From Brevinematia bacterium (GTDB lineage: Bacteria; Spirochaetota; Brevinematia; DTOW01): a DNA stretch of 64,000 nt. A model generated the notes under the pieces. The model saw nothing but the letters and a program-made list of their open reading frames with translations. It was not told where the DNA came from and did not search any database. Within the stretch, counting starts at the first letter, position 1, and each line of letters begins with the position of its first letter. This document shows, piece by piece, positions 31,825 to 40,501 of the stretch. The DNA is taken from the NCBI GenBank assembly GCA_039630355.1, contig JBCNVF010000013.1, positions 1,167 through 65,166 on the forward strand, read 5' to 3'. The position numbers and the translations under genes were made by a program.

Positions 31825-32790
31825 TTATTCTGGTATTGTGAATTTGAAATACATCGGGACTTCTTTGGGAATAAAGGTGTTCGTGGGTATATCCTGAATC
31901 AGTGTTACTGCATCTACCGGTAAATAATTTGTAAATTCATGGAAGCTATCGTTTGAGCTAACAGTTATCTCTCTCTTTCCAAAATAGACAGCAAATGGGT
32001 TTGCGGGTCCTATTGTGTTTTTATCTCCAGGTGCTACTTTTATCAGATACTCCCCTGGAGATAAACTTGTGTGTAGCTTTGATAGCTTATTTGAATACCC
32101 TGAGTTGTCGTCACTTGCTATCCTGATGATATTCTCTTGATCTATTTTGTAAAGATATAAGATAGTGTCTGGAAAGTTTGCCATGTTGTTAGATAAAGGA
32201 ATTGTGCAAACGTAGTAAGTTCCTCCTTTACAGATCCAAGCGTTTCTTAGAAAAGTATTAGTCCTATATTCGGAAGAAGTAGCAGAGGGATAGTATAAAA
32301 GTACTGCTCTTATTAGGGAACTTCCTACTGAGAAGTCATTACCACTTGGGTAGCAGTATATTCTTGTAATGTAGGTAGAATTAGTTTGGTTAGAAACGGT
32401 AATTAGCAAGTTTGTAATTTCTTTTTCACCCTCTGTGTCCTGTGATATGGATATTCTTATGCGAACTTCCAAAGGATCGGTAAGACTTGCTAGGATAGTG
32501 TCTGCCTGATATATGGGAACTCTCACCATCTTGTTTGATGCCCTGATAGTTGTCAATATACTGAGAGAATTTGGCGAATCCAAATAGATTCTGTTTGGGG
32601 TCAAGAAGGTGAAATCAGGGTAATAGTATTGTAACTCTATGTTAGTTAGGTCAGTTGGCACCCATTCTGGAATAAACCATACATATGGTCCTATGACAAT
32701 ACCTTCGGGACTTCCGATCACACAGGAGGTTAGTAAAATTACCAGATGGATCATTAGTGAAATGATAATAATATTCCTTATTTTCCTCAT
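31825..32790 (-). CDS. Lipoprotein, hypothetical
   Basis: Lipobox LLTSC after the signal peptide. No recognisable domain. Confidence 0.45.
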   Translation of the reverse strand: MRKIRNIIIISLMIHLVILLTSCVIGSPEGIVIGPYVWFIPEWVPTDLTNIELQYYYPDFTFLTPNRIYLDSPNSLSILTTIRASNKMVRVPIYQADTILASLTDPLEVRIRISISQDTEGEKEITNLLITVSNQTNSTYITRIYCYPSGNDFSVGSSLIRAVLLYYPSATSSEYRTNTFLRNAWICKGGTYYVCTIPLSNNMANFPDTILYLYKIDQENIIRIASDDNSGYSNKLSKLHTSLSPGEYLIKVAPGDKNTIGPANPFAVYFGKREITVSSNDSFHEFTNYLPVDAVTLIQDIPTNTFIPKEVPMYFKFTIPE

Positions 32791-32806
32791 AAATCCCCCC
32801 GTAAAT

Positions 32807-33496
32807 CTAAAACTTTATTTTCACTCCTATACAGGGACCTAGAGCCCACTTTTCACTGAGAATACTCTTCATGAAGTTTACTTCAAAGATTACGTTGTAG
32901 TTATATGAATTTAGTAACAATACCCCAGCGGTGAATATTGAAGTCAGACCTAGACTTGTGGGAGGGACCGGGTTTGGTGTATAGTAGGTGAATGGTGAAG
33001 GAACATAAGTAAGTCTAACCTTTGCACCGAAGTAAAATCCTAAATCTTTTGAAGGCATTACGTCTCCGAGTAGAGCTATGGATAATGCCATTAAGCCTCC
33101 AGGTGTTGTTCCTGGGTAAGTTGGTATAGGAACGAAGGTTGCTCCAAATTCAAGGTCTGCGGAGCTAGCAAATAGCGAATCTTTATCTCCAAGAAACTGC
33201 AATTTTATATCAGAAAGAAAGCCCATAAGTCCCCATAACCTTATGCCTACGTCCACATTGTCTGAGATACCATACCTTAGGAATAAGTCTGGATAGCCAA
33301 CGAACGAAAGCTGGTTTGTGTATTCGTAGGAAGGGTAAATGTAACTTGGTACCTGAAATATTGAAAAAAATGTTCCGACGCCTATTTCAAATTTTCCTTC
33401 TTCAAGTGTTCTAGGATATTGATAAAAACCTGCAGAGCACCCAGAGTATAAAATTATTGTGGAGAGATATGTCAAAATAGCAATGGTTTTTTTCAT
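32807..33496 (-). CDS. Outer-membrane lipoprotein/beta-barrel-like hypothetical
   Basis: Signal peptide plus LYSGC lipobox. Beta-strand-rich. Terminal residue F (KIKF). 16 bp upstream of the lipoprotein gene. Confidence 0.45.
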   Translation of the reverse strand: MKKTIAILTYLSTIILYSGCSAGFYQYPRTLEEGKFEIGVGTFFSIFQVPSYIYPSYEYTNQLSFVGYPDLFLRYGISDNVDVGIRLWGLMGFLSDIKLQFLGDKDSLFASSADLEFGATFVPIPTYPGTTPGGLMALSIALLGDVMPSKDLGFYFGAKVRLTYVPSPFTYYTPNPVPPTSLGLTSIFTAGVLLLNSYNYNVIFEVNFMKSILSEKWALGPCIGVKIKF

Positions 33497-33595
33497 AGAT
33501 ACAACCTCTTCTTCTATAGCTTTATTCTAAGTCCGGAAAATCCTTGGAAGCAACTTAGTATATTAGAGTTTTTGGGCTTTATTCAATTCCGATAA

Positions 33596-33620
33596 TATTA
33601 ATTATGTTAACTTAAGCAGT
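33596..33620 (+). repeat. Repeat family 1 partial copy c3 (ATTATGTTAACTTAA)
   Basis: Partial core upstream of the Pho box and pstC. Confidence 0.4.
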
Positions 33621-33650
33621 CTCTCAAGCTTAACACTCTCTTTTCTATCT

Positions 33651-33668
33651 CTTTACACTATCTTTACA
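33651..33668 (+). promoter_or_regulatory. Pho-box-like direct repeat CTTTACA-ctat-CTTTACA upstream of pstC
   Basis: Two identical 7-mers with 11-bp periodicity 47 bp upstream of the pstC start. Resembles PhoB/PhoP TT(A/T)ACA direct-repeat boxes. Confidence 0.45.
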
Positions 33669-33714
33669 TTGATGATCCAAAATTGTTCTTAATGTAACTT
33701 CCTTACGACTCTGT

Positions 33715-34656
33715 GTGGAGAATATGAAGAGAGACACTTCTTTTATGGTGACGAATACTTTCAGAAGAAAGTTTGTGGATTTTGCATCTAGGATTGGTGT
33801 CTACGTGGTAGCAGGATTAACTATAATTCTTCTTGCTTTCGTTATAATCTTTATATTCAAAGAAGCTTTTAGTCTTTTTACAAAGGGTTATGTAAGCGAA
33901 AACGCAAATTTTAGAAACCTACTCTCTCTGTCTTGGCAGCCAATAAACGTAGAACCTAGGTATGGTATTATCCCTCTGATAATGGGTTCGCTAAAAGTTG
34001 CTTTAATTGCATTAGTTATAGCTCTTCCATTGGGGGTATTGTCTGCTTTGTATGTGAGTGTATATGCATCTAGGAGGGTTAAAGAAGTTGTTAAACCTGT
34101 AATTGAGCTAATAGCTGGTTTACCTACTGTAGTTATAGGCTTTTTTATGCTTATAGTTGCCGCCTCTTTTCTACAAAGTGTTTTACAGTGGGATTTTAGG
34201 TTGAATGCAGTAGTTGGAGGTATGGGTGTATCACTAGTTATAATACCTGTTGTCTTTACTATAAGTGAAGACGGGATGAATGCAGTGCCAAGGAGCATTA
34301 TAGAGTCTGCTTATGCTATGGGAGCTTCAAAACATCATATTGCGTGGAAAATAGTTCTACCCTCATCTCTTAATGCTGTTTTCTCAGCGGGAATAGTTGG
34401 GGGTATGAGAGCGTTTGGAGAAACAATGATAGTTTTGATGGCTACAGGTAATGCTCCTATACCACTCTGGGATCCTTTGCTTCCGGTCAGAACCATGTCT
34501 GCTACAATTGCCTCTGAAATGGGTGAAGTTCATATTGGTAGTGAGCATTACGTGGTTCTGTTCATAATAGGGTTTATTTTGCTTGTAGTTACTTTGATAT
34601 TCAACACCATTGCAAATGTGGTTGCTTCGTTACTGAGGAGAAAACTTTATTCATAA
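33715..34656 (+). CDS. pstC: Phosphate ABC transporter permease PstC
   Basis: Six-TM BPD_transp_1 permease with PstC-type N-terminus. First gene of the pstCAB-phoU cluster. Confidence 0.85.
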   Translation: MENMKRDTSFMVTNTFRRKFVDFASRIGVYVVAGLTIILLAFVIIFIFKEAFSLFTKGYVSENANFRNLLSLSWQPINVEPRYGIIPLIMGSLKVALIALVIALPLGVLSALYVSVYASRRVKEVVKPVIELIAGLPTVVIGFFMLIVAASFLQSVLQWDFRLNAVVGGMGVSLVIIPVVFTISEDGMNAVPRSIIESAYAMGASKHHIAWKIVLPSSLNAVFSAGIVGGMRAFGETMIVLMATGNAPIPLWDPLLPVRTMSATIASEMGEVHIGSEHYVVLFIIGFILLVVTLIFNTIANVVASLLRRKLYS

Positions 34657-34666
34657 GGGGAATTGT

Positions 34667-35641
34667 ATGACCCAAGGAGGAATTTCTCAAACTCTTGTTA
34701 GGAGAACAAACCTAGAAGAAAACAGAAGTTTAAAGAGACTAAAGAGTAGGTATAAGGTAGAAGATACTCTAACACGCTTCTTACTGGGTTTTTCAGTAGT
34801 ATTGATAGTGTTAATCTTTGTGATTATTTTGACAACTATATTCATTGGTGGTTATCAAAAGATAACGTGGGACTTTTTAACCGGGGCTCCAGAGAAAGGC
34901 ATGACGGAAGGAGGAATATTCCCGGGAATAATTGGGACTGTGCTACTTGTGCTAGTAATGTCTATCTTCTGTATTCCTGTTGGGGTGATTACTGCAATCT
35001 ATCTTAGTGAGTATGCTAATAAAGAATCTTACTTTTATAAGATAGTGTATTTTTCAATTAGCACTCTAGCTGGCATTCCGGGTATAATCTTGGGGCTGTT
35101 TGGTTTATCGTTTTTTGTCATTACCCTGGGAGGAACGATAGACAATCTCTTTTACGGTGGTAAGCTTACTTGGGGCAAACCTGCACTTATATGGGCTGGC
35201 CTTACCATGGCAGTTTTGACAATGCCGGTTGTTATAGTGTCCGTAAAAGAAGCGTTAGAATCGGTTCCAGAAACACTTAAAGAAGCTGCTTTCTCATTGG
35301 GGGCAACTAAGTACGAGACCGTATTTAAAGTGGTATTACCTAGGGCAATGACGGGAGTTCTTACTGGAAGTATCCTTGCGGTATCTAGGGGAAGTGGGGA
35401 GGTTGCACCTATTCTTTTCACAGGTGTTGCCTACTATCTGCCCTACTTACCAAGCTCACTAACAGATCAGTTTATGGAATTAGGATACCACATATACATA
35501 ATGGCTACACAGTCTGTGGATGTGGATGCAACCATGCCAATTCAGTTTGGAACCACGCTAGTCTTACTTGTACTAACATTTATGTTAAATCTGTTTGCTA
35601 TATTCTTAAGAGGAAGACTAAGGAAAACAAAAAATATATAA
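34667..35641 (+). CDS. pstA: Phosphate ABC transporter permease PstA
   Basis: Second permease with EAA-like loop (LKEAAFSLGATKYETVFKVVLP). Confidence 0.85.
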   Translation: MTQGGISQTLVRRTNLEENRSLKRLKSRYKVEDTLTRFLLGFSVVLIVLIFVIILTTIFIGGYQKITWDFLTGAPEKGMTEGGIFPGIIGTVLLVLVMSIFCIPVGVITAIYLSEYANKESYFYKIVYFSISTLAGIPGIILGLFGLSFFVITLGGTIDNLFYGGKLTWGKPALIWAGLTMAVLTMPVVIVSVKEALESVPETLKEAAFSLGATKYETVFKVVLPRAMTGVLTGSILAVSRGSGEVAPILFTGVAYYLPYLPSSLTDQFMELGYHIYIMATQSVDVDATMPIQFGTTLVLLVLTFMLNLFAIFLRGRLRKTKNI

Positions 35642-35644
35642 TTC

Positions 35645-36448
35645 TTGGGAGGGATGATGGCTAACTTATACAGCGAAGGTAAGAAGGCCGAAAAGATAAT
35701 AATAAGCATAAAATCCCTGAACTTTTGGTATGGAGAAACAAGAGCTTTAAAGGACATAAACATGAACATCGTGAAGAACAAGGTAACTGCACTGATTGGG
35801 CCTTCAGGTTGTGGTAAAACAACACTGCTAAGAACCTTAAACAAGATGTATAAGCTACTTGATGGAGTAAGAATAGAAGGTGAGATAATTTTGGAAGGCA
35901 AGAACATACTAGATGATAGCTCCATGGATGACTTTGAACTAAGGAGCAAAGTAGGAATGGTGTTTCAAAAACCTAATCCGTTTTATACCTCAGTATACAA
36001 TAATGTTGCCTTTGGTCCAAGGCTAAGAGGGATCAAGAAGAAAAGCACTTTGGATGAGATTGTGGAAGATTCCCTTAAAAGAGCAGGACTGTGGGAAGAA
36101 GTGAAAGATAGACTGCATAAATCTGCTCTCTCACTTTCTGGAGGACAACAGCAGAGACTTTGTATAGCAAGAGCACTGGCAGTAAAACCCGAAATACTTC
36201 TTATGGACGAACCAACATCTGCGTTAGATCCCGTATCAACAGCAAGGATAGAAGATCTCATAGTTGAACTCTCTCAGAGCTATACTGTGGTGATAGTAAC
36301 TCATAATATGCAACAGGCGTCCAGAATATCAGACTATACAGGCTTTATGCTTTTAGGCGAACTTGTGGAGTTTGACGAAACAGAAAAGATATTTACCTCA
36401 CCTTCTGACAAAAGAACCGAAGATTATATAAACGGCAGGTTTGGTTAG
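35645..36448 (+). CDS. pstB: Phosphate ABC transporter ATP-binding protein PstB
   Basis: Walker [10 protein letters not shown], signature LSGGQQQRL, Walker [12 protein letters not shown], and a PstB-type C-terminus. Confidence 0.9.
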   Translation: MGGMMANLYSEGKKAEKIIISIKSLNFWYGETRALKDINMNIVKNKVTALIGPSGCGKTTLLRTLNKMYKLLDGVRIEGEIILEGKNILDDSSMDDFELRSKVGMVFQKPNPFYTSVYNNVAFGPRLRGIKKKSTLDEIVEDSLKRAGLWEEVKDRLHKSALSLSGGQQQRLCIARALAVKPEILLMDEPTSALDPVSTARIEDLIVELSQSYTVVIVTHNMQQASRISDYTGFMLLGELVEFDETEKIFTSPSDKRTEDYINGRFG

Positions 36449-36465
36449 CTTATAAGGAGGTATGT

Positions 36466-37116
36466 ATGATAAGGCTGGAAAGAGAGGTTAACCAAATAGA
36501 AGAGGACCTAATTAATGTAGCTTCAATGATAACTGAAATGCTTTACGAGGCAGTGAAAGGTCTAAAGAAGTTTGATCAGAAAAAATGCGAGAAGGTAATA
36601 AAAAACGACGAAAAGGTTGACCAAATGGAAATAAGTATAGAAAGCAAAATAATAAGAGCAATAGCTCTCTATCAGCCAGAGGGAGAGATACTAAGGAAAT
36701 TAGTAATGGCAATAAAGATGAACAAGGATCTTGAGAGAATTGGTGACCATAGTGTGAACATTGCAAGCAACACCATCAAATCTCTTAGTATAGGAAAGAT
36801 AGAAATTCCCGAAGAGATAGAGTCTATCTTCAACACCTTAACAATCATGATAAACAAAACAGTTAGAGCTTTCATAGACCACAATTCTGACATGGCAAGA
36901 GAGGTAATAACCATGGATAGGGAAATTGACATGCTTAGAGACAAAGGAGTAAGAAGAATCATAGAAGAGGCAGAAAAGGACCGAGATATGGAGAAAACTC
37001 TCCTTCTTATCCTCGCATTCAAGGATCTTGAGAGAATAGGAGATCTACTAACAAACATATGCGAGGATATAGTGTACATAATTGAAGGCAAAATGATAGA
37101 GCATATGTATAAGTAG
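36466..37116 (+). CDS. phoU: Phosphate transport regulator PhoU
   Basis: Two PhoU repeats with ERIGDH / ERIGDL motifs. Confidence 0.85.
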   Translation: MIRLEREVNQIEEDLINVASMITEMLYEAVKGLKKFDQKKCEKVIKNDEKVDQMEISIESKIIRAIALYQPEGEILRKLVMAIKMNKDLERIGDHSVNIASNTIKSLSIGKIEIPEEIESIFNTLTIMINKTVRAFIDHNSDMAREVITMDREIDMLRDKGVRRIIEEAEKDRDMEKTLLLILAFKDLERIGDLLTNICEDIVYIIEGKMIEHMYK

Positions 37117-37257
37117 TAATTGCAAAAAACTGAAAGAACCTGCCCTTTGCTACCTCCACTATCCTACTCCCACCAAGTGGTATTACACAAATATATGTTT
37201 ATCAGTATCTGGTTCTCCAAATTGGAATTTCTTGATCCTTTCCGATAAAATCCTTCT

Positions 37258-38421
37258 ATGAGAAAGCTAGCCATATTCGGCTCAACGGGATCGGTAGGAG
37301 AAAAAGTTCTAGAGGTTGTCAGAATTTTTCCGGAAGATTTTTTGGTGAAAGCCTTGGGAGTAAGGAGAAACATAGATAAGGTTTTGGAACAAGCAAAAGA
37401 ATTTAGTCCCAAGTATGTCTATGTGGATGAACCACCAGAGAGCATAAGTGTAAGTACGGAAAACCTTGGATGTGAAGTCTTAACGGGACACGAAGGAATA
37501 GTTAAGATATGTAATGATGAAGAGATAGACACAGTAGTAGTTGCAGTAGATGGATTTTCGGGAGTTTTTCCTACTGTTGAAGCCATAAAGGGTGGAAAGA
37601 GAGTATTGACTGCTAATAAAGAGAGCATTTTTATGTGGGGATACGAGATAATGAATCTTGCGAGAGAAAATAACCTAGAAGTAATACCCCTAGATAGCGA
37701 ACATAATACAATATTCAACTTGGTCTCCAGAGTTGGGAAAGAAAACGTAGAGAGATACATTATTACTGCTTCAGGAGGGCCATTCCTGAATAAGCCCCTG
37801 CAAGAACTTGAAAAGATAACCATTTCTGAGGTTATGTGTCACCCTAACTGGAAGATGGGGAAAATTGTTACATTTAACAGTGCTACAATGTTTAACAAGG
37901 TCTTGGAAGTTTTTGAAGCACATATATTCTTTGGAACTAGCATAGAAGACATAGAGGTTGTAATTCATCCAGAGTCAAGGATTCATAGCATGGTATTACT
38001 TAAGGACGGAACTGTGTGGACTATATATTACAGACCTGATATGATATTCCCAGTAGCAAGTGCTATGTTCTATCCAAGGATACCAAGACTATTGGATAAG
38101 TCAGTTAAGGGTGAATCTCCAGTAGGAAACAACATAAGATTCCTTGAGGTAGATGTCTCAAGGTTTCCTCTGATGTCTATAGTAAAAGATCTGCAAACGT
38201 CGGAGAGAAAAAGAAGAATTTCACTTAATGTAGCCAATGAAATATGTATATCCCTGTTTGAGGATGGAACTATAAGGTTCAACCAGATACCATGGATTCT
38301 AATGAAAGTTTTCTACGATTTCTCACCCTCAAGAGATGTAGGAATATCTGAAAACCTCAAGAATGAAATGAAAGAAGTTGAGTTGGAAGTAAGGAATTTC
38401 ATACTACAGTTTATTCAGTAA
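37258..38421 (+). CDS. dxr: 1-deoxy-D-xylulose 5-phosphate reductoisomerase
   Basis: N-terminus LAIFGSTGSVG, LTANKES and SEHN motifs. Confidence 0.9.
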   Translation: MRKLAIFGSTGSVGEKVLEVVRIFPEDFLVKALGVRRNIDKVLEQAKEFSPKYVYVDEPPESISVSTENLGCEVLTGHEGIVKICNDEEIDTVVVAVDGFSGVFPTVEAIKGGKRVLTANKESIFMWGYEIMNLARENNLEVIPLDSEHNTIFNLVSRVGKENVERYIITASGGPFLNKPLQELEKITISEVMCHPNWKMGKIVTFNSATMFNKVLEVFEAHIFFGTSIEDIEVVIHPESRIHSMVLLKDGTVWTIYYRPDMIFPVASAMFYPRIPRLLDKSVKGESPVGNNIRFLEVDVSRFPLMSIVKDLQTSERKRRISLNVANEICISLFEDGTIRFNQIPWILMKVFYDFSPSRDVGISENLKNEMKEVELEVRNFILQFIQ

Positions 38422-38789
38422 GTCTCGTATTTGCCCTTACCGTGGCGTAGAAGGAGATTTTCTACATAAGCTATAAGCCTTCTCTTGTTTTCATTAGAAA
38501 GTTCATCATATTCAACACCTATTTCGTTTCCACTGCTGTTTCTGACTATGCACCAAGCTTCAATGGTAAAGGGTTTTCCTTCGTACATTATTGGAAAGAC
38601 AATCTTTATCATGTCCCCAGGGACAAATATTTGCCTAACCTCTACCTTCATCCCAGTTTCCGAAATGTCAAGGATAGTACATCTACCCTTCATCCTCTTA
38701 AATTCGTATACTGCCTCTATATTTACAGGTACTCTTGAAGCTCTAAGTCTACTCTGCTTTTCCTCCATAGTTTCACTTTTCAGTCTCAA
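38415..38789 (-). CDS. PilZ-domain protein (c-di-GMP receptor-like)
   Basis: RLRASR (RxxxR-like) plus DISETG (DxSxxG) PilZ motifs. Its start overlaps the purF stop by 17 bp, and its 3' end overlaps dxr by 7 bp. Confidence 0.6.
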   Translation of the reverse strand: MRLKSETMEEKQSRLRASRVPVNIEAVYEFKRMKGRCTILDISETGMKVEVRQIFVPGDMIKIVFPIMYEGKPFTIEAWCIVRNSSGNEIGVEYDELSNENKRRLIAYVENLLLRHGKGKYETY

Positions 38790-40179
38790 AGATATCTTTA
38801 CTTAGGTGCTTCACCTTTACCCTATATTTTCCTGAGAAACAAGAATTACAGAAATTTTCGTTCCCCTCCACCAATTCCATCATATCGTTCAATTTTAAAT
38901 ATTTTATACTCTCAACATTCAAGTATCTCCTAATTTCGCTAATGGTTTTCTGATTTGCTATAAGCTCTTCAGTTGAAGGAAAATCTATACCAAAATAGCA
39001 AGGAGATTTTACGGGTGGTGAAGCAACCCTAAGGTGTATTTCCCTTACTCCGTTCTTCTTCAACAGTTCAACAATTCTTCTCATCGTTGTTCCCCTTACA
39101 ATTGAGTCATCTATCAGAACCAATTTCTTGCCCCTAACTACATCCGTGGGCACAAAAAATTTAGTTTTTACAACCCCATCTCTCATACTCTGAGAAGGTT
39201 GGATGAAAGATCTACCTGTAAAGTGACTCCTTATCAGTCCCATAATCATAGGAATTCCCTTTTTCTTCGAGTACCCCATGCCTGCTATTAATCCCGAGTC
39301 AGGAACAGGAATCACCCCGTCAAACCTCTCACCTTTGTCATACTCTGCTAGTTTCTCTCCACACCTGTATCTGAAACTATATACACTTTGATTGAAAACA
39401 TTACTTGACGGTTTTGCGAAATACACAAGCTCAAATATACAATGGTTGAAACTTTCTTCTCCAACTACTCTTTTTCTGTGCATCCCCTCCTTACTTACAA
39501 ACACAACCTCACCCGGCAGAACCTCTTCATACTCAAAAATATCTATACTCCTAAGTGCTGTATCTTCAGAAGCAAAAAACCAGGTTTTACCATCTTTTCC
39601 AAAAACTAATGGCCTAAAGCCATATCTGTCCCTAAATGCTATAACACTATCATCAAAAAGCAAAACTATAGAAAACGCTCCCTCAAACGTCCTAATAGCA
39701 CTTTCAACCGAGTGTTGTATGTCTAGACTTTTATTGTATTCCTTCACAATGTGGTGCAAAACTACTTCGCTGTCAGTTGTAGTAAAAAAAGTGTGCCCTT
39801 CTCTCATCAGAGAATTTCTAACCTCAAGCGCGTTCGTTACATTACCATTGTGTGCAAGCGCTATTGTTTTCCCATCAATTGTCTTAGAAACGAAGGGTTG
39901 CAAGTTTGATATATCATCCGAACCTGTGGTTGAATACCTAATATGCCCTATTAGACTTGTAGCTTCTCTTATTTTCTGAATTTCTACTGAGAAAAGATCC
40001 TTAACAAGCCCCCTAACTACCAGTCTGTGAAATTCTCCCTGAGAGTAAAATGCTATACCTGTTCCTTCTTGCCCTCTGTGTTGTAGTGAGTTCATTAGTA
40101 TGTATGCCTTTTGTGTGATCTCATCAGTCTGTCCATGAATTGCAATAATTCCACATTTCTCTTTTAGGTCTTTGTTCAT
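38773..40179 (-). CDS. purF: Amidophosphoribosyltransferase
   Basis: MNKDLKEK propeptide then the catalytic CGIIAI Ntn-glutaminase N-terminus, and a PRTase domain. The ATG at 40179 is preferred. The longer ORF to 40278 would read through repeat copy c4. Confidence 0.9.
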   Translation of the reverse strand: MNKDLKEKCGIIAIHGQTDEITQKAYILMNSLQHRGQEGTGIAFYSQGEFHRLVVRGLVKDLFSVEIQKIREATSLIGHIRYSTTGSDDISNLQPFVSKTIDGKTIALAHNGNVTNALEVRNSLMREGHTFFTTTDSEVVLHHIVKEYNKSLDIQHSVESAIRTFEGAFSIVLLFDDSVIAFRDRYGFRPLVFGKDGKTWFFASEDTALRSIDIFEYEEVLPGEVVFVSKEGMHRKRVVGEESFNHCIFELVYFAKPSSNVFNQSVYSFRYRCGEKLAEYDKGERFDGVIPVPDSGLIAGMGYSKKKGIPMIMGLIRSHFTGRSFIQPSQSMRDGVVKTKFFVPTDVVRGKKLVLIDDSIVRGTTMRRIVELLKKNGVREIHLRVASPPVKSPCYFGIDFPSTEELIANQKTISEIRRYLNVESIKYLKLNDMMELVEGNENFCNSCFSGKYRVKVKHLSKDIFETEK

Positions 40180-40195
40180 GTTGTAATTATGTGTG

Positions 40196-40300
40196 ATTGT
40201 TGCTTGTGTTTTAAAGGTTTGTTTTTGTGCTCTCTTTGGTTTTTGTGTATACACAATCAAGTTAACATAATTATGCAAAGTTTTAAAACCTAAGGTTTAA
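40196..40300 (-). repeat. Repeat family 1 copy c4 (core CAAGTTAACATAATTAT 40258-40274, G/T-rich arm 5')
   Basis: Between purF and smc. Reverse orientation relative to c1-c3. Confidence 0.6.
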
Positions 40301-40329
40301 AACTATGTATAGCCCCTCCTTCTATTGGG

Positions 40330-40420
40330 ATTGGCTTGGGTTTTTGTTTTGTGTCTGTTTGTTTAGGGGTAAAAAAACAATTTAACATAATTATATAAGG
40401 CTTTTTGGAGTTTTAGAAAC
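40330..40420 (-). repeat. Repeat family 1 copy c5 (core CAATTTAACATAATTAT 40378-40394)
   Basis: In tandem with c4. Same G/T-rich arm plus core plus AAGGCTTTTT tail. Confidence 0.6.
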
Positions 40421-40501
40421 AAACGACCTAGTTCCCCAACTCGTAATTCCTACTTTGTGCAATTTATAATTCCAAAGCACTTTCCAGAACGGAGGGGACA
40501 G

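Noticed and set aside
36672-37091. 139-aa minus-strand ORF inside phoU
   Set aside because: Antisense to phoU. Low-complexity S/I-rich translation.
39392-39979. 195-aa plus-strand ORF inside purF
   Set aside because: Antisense to purF. S/L-rich translation typical of a reverse-frame artefact.
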